In this document: positions 62,373 through 64,000 of the stretch, one piece after another | Position numbering within the stretch: the first letter of the stretch is position 1 | Layout of the letters: every line of letters starts with the position of its first letter | Assembly (NCBI GenBank): GCA_000182565.2 | Contig: KQ257450.1 | DNA: 64,000 nucleotides | Origin: Spizellomyces punctatus DAOM BR117 | Lineage: Eukaryota | Direction: 5' to 3' (one strand) | Notes under the pieces: generated by a model | Told to the model about the DNA's origin: nothing | What the model saw: the letters and a program-made list of their open reading frames with translations, nothing else | Databases searched by the model: none | Position numbers and translations under genes: made by a program

Positions 62373-63846
62373 CTACTCTACTTGGACACCCTGTTGACAG
62401 CGCACAGCAAACTCTTCACACACATCCGCCATGGCCGTCTCTAGAACTCGTTGCTTTTGATGCTTGGCCCATTTCCCCACAAGCCCATCCTCGCCCGCTA
62501 CGACAGCAACCGATTGCGATACGCTCGTTGCAACGTGCATCGTATCTCCCGACACAAGGACAGTGTAGTATTGCAAGTGTGGCTGCGAGTCGGAGAGGAG
62601 GGACGTGAGCGTTGTTGTAAAAGGCTGGATGACGAGGAACACGGCTTGGGAGGCTGTTGGAATGGGCTCGCTCGAGTCTGATAGCTTATGTAGGCGTTCA
62701 ATGGTAGACTGGGAATCGCAGACCAATGACATTGGTATTAACATTGAGTATTAGAAACACAAGGACTTGACATACCTCGACGATTTTGGTTGCCTCTTCC
62801 AAACTATCAGCGATCTTGGGCTCAGGATGCTTGACGCTGTTCACCGAGACTTTATCACAAAGGCGCGGTCGCGAGTTGAGCCACATTTCATTCACAGTGG
62901 ACTGTACAAAGTCGTGGAGGTTGTCCAAATCTGCCGCGCCTGAAGCCTCGCCGCAGAACCAGACTGTGACATTTGACGCAAACATAGCTGTGCTGGGGTG
63001 ATCTCCTCTGCCTATTGGAGGCGCAATCGTGTCAACAACACTTTGCGTAAGTCGCGTAATGTCTGTGCCTGTAGTTGGTGTGTGAGATCCCGTTTGCCAC
63101 GGTTTTTTCAATATAACTCGTTCCACCTACCCAACTTTTCAAACTGCTCCTTATTCACATTAGATATAATCCCCTTGACTTTTTCGTTCGTAGATACCGC
63201 TTTGGCAGTCTCTTCCGCCATCGCTTTGGCCGTTTCCAATCCCTTTGTCAAGGACGTTGCAGCTGCACCGCTCACCTTGGCAGCTTGTGACCATATATTT
63301 CCCCACCCCCATGCATCTCCCCTGACAGTAGGTGAGGTATCTGTTGATTGATAAGAAGGCTGTATGAGTGGGACGTTTGTCTGTTGGGGAACTGTTTGCT
63401 GCGATGTAACTGGTGACGGAGCTGGAATTGAAAATCCTTGCGGGGGTCGCTGGGATGTAACTACAGGAGGGCGGTGTGGTGCGGAAGAGGTAGCGGCATA
63501 CGGATTGGTCTGCCCAGGCTTTGATGCGGGTACACCGACAGGAGGAGCCTGGCTTGGTATTGTGGATGCACTAGGGCTTGCGCTTGAGACAGGTGGTGCA
63601 TCCAGTTCGTTGAGAAAGCTCAAAACATCCTGTGATGACGCCGCATGGGTGGTAGGAGTTGCATTCTGAGCGACGCTTGTTGTTGGTCCGCCGGCAGCTT
63701 CTCCTGGGACAATAGAGTCCAAGTCTTGCAGAAATCTGAACGATGGTAGGACTGTGTTATACTGCGGCGAGTTGATGACCACGAGTAATCGATGCCATTC
63801 CAAACACTCACTGTAAAACCTCTTGATGTGCATTTGGTTCCGTCAT
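62373..63846 (-). CDS. MTC1: Maintenance of telomere capping protein 1 (Mtc1)-like, multi-exon
   Basis: EVLQFLQDLD, DVLSFLNELD, WGWGNIWSQA, VVDTIAPPI, VFLVIQP, SVSQSV. Confidence 0.7.
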
Positions 63847-64000
63847 CTTGTGTGTGTAGATGGCTTTAACAAAAAGCTGGATTCCGTCAAGGAAATGGTC
63901 AAGGAAGAAGCAGCGGTCAACGCGGCGCGAAAGGCCAACGTCACATTGAAATGTCATTTGACCAATGTGGAAAGATTGAATGTAGTGCGATTTAGTGTGG

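Overview
Intron-rich fungal genomic DNA (short introns of about 50-95 nt). A TTLL4-type tubulin glutamylase together with a fungal SBF/MBF (APSES+ankyrin) factor suggests a zoosporic (chytrid-type) fungus; this is an inference. The left ~26 kb (901-26361) is a compact 10-gene secondary-metabolite cluster built around an A-T-TE NRPS-like aryl-pyruvate-dimerising quinone synthetase (atromentin/polyporic-acid synthetase type, thioesterase triad Ser-Asn-His). It also holds a P450, a secreted multicopper oxidase, an HxxxD acyltransferase, an MFS pump, an MDR reductase, an O-methyltransferase, a secreted Diels-Alderase/lipocalin-like protein, an asparagine-synthetase-like amidotransferase that appears spliced in frame to a second MFS pump, and an 842-aa protein of no recognisable family. 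All six cluster promoter regions carry the same 15-bp direct-repeat motif, RTCCRC-NNC-RTCCRC. The right ~37 kb holds mostly housekeeping genes: mitochondrial phosphate carrier, TLC and CBS proteins, PPIL2 cyclophilin, LEA-like protein, TTLL, F-box, EME1, SET protein, Mbp1/Swi4-like, SNF2-RING helicase, PNS1 and MTC1-like. Gene boundaries were assembled by eye from ORFs and splice sites, and family calls rest on remembered motifs, not database searches.
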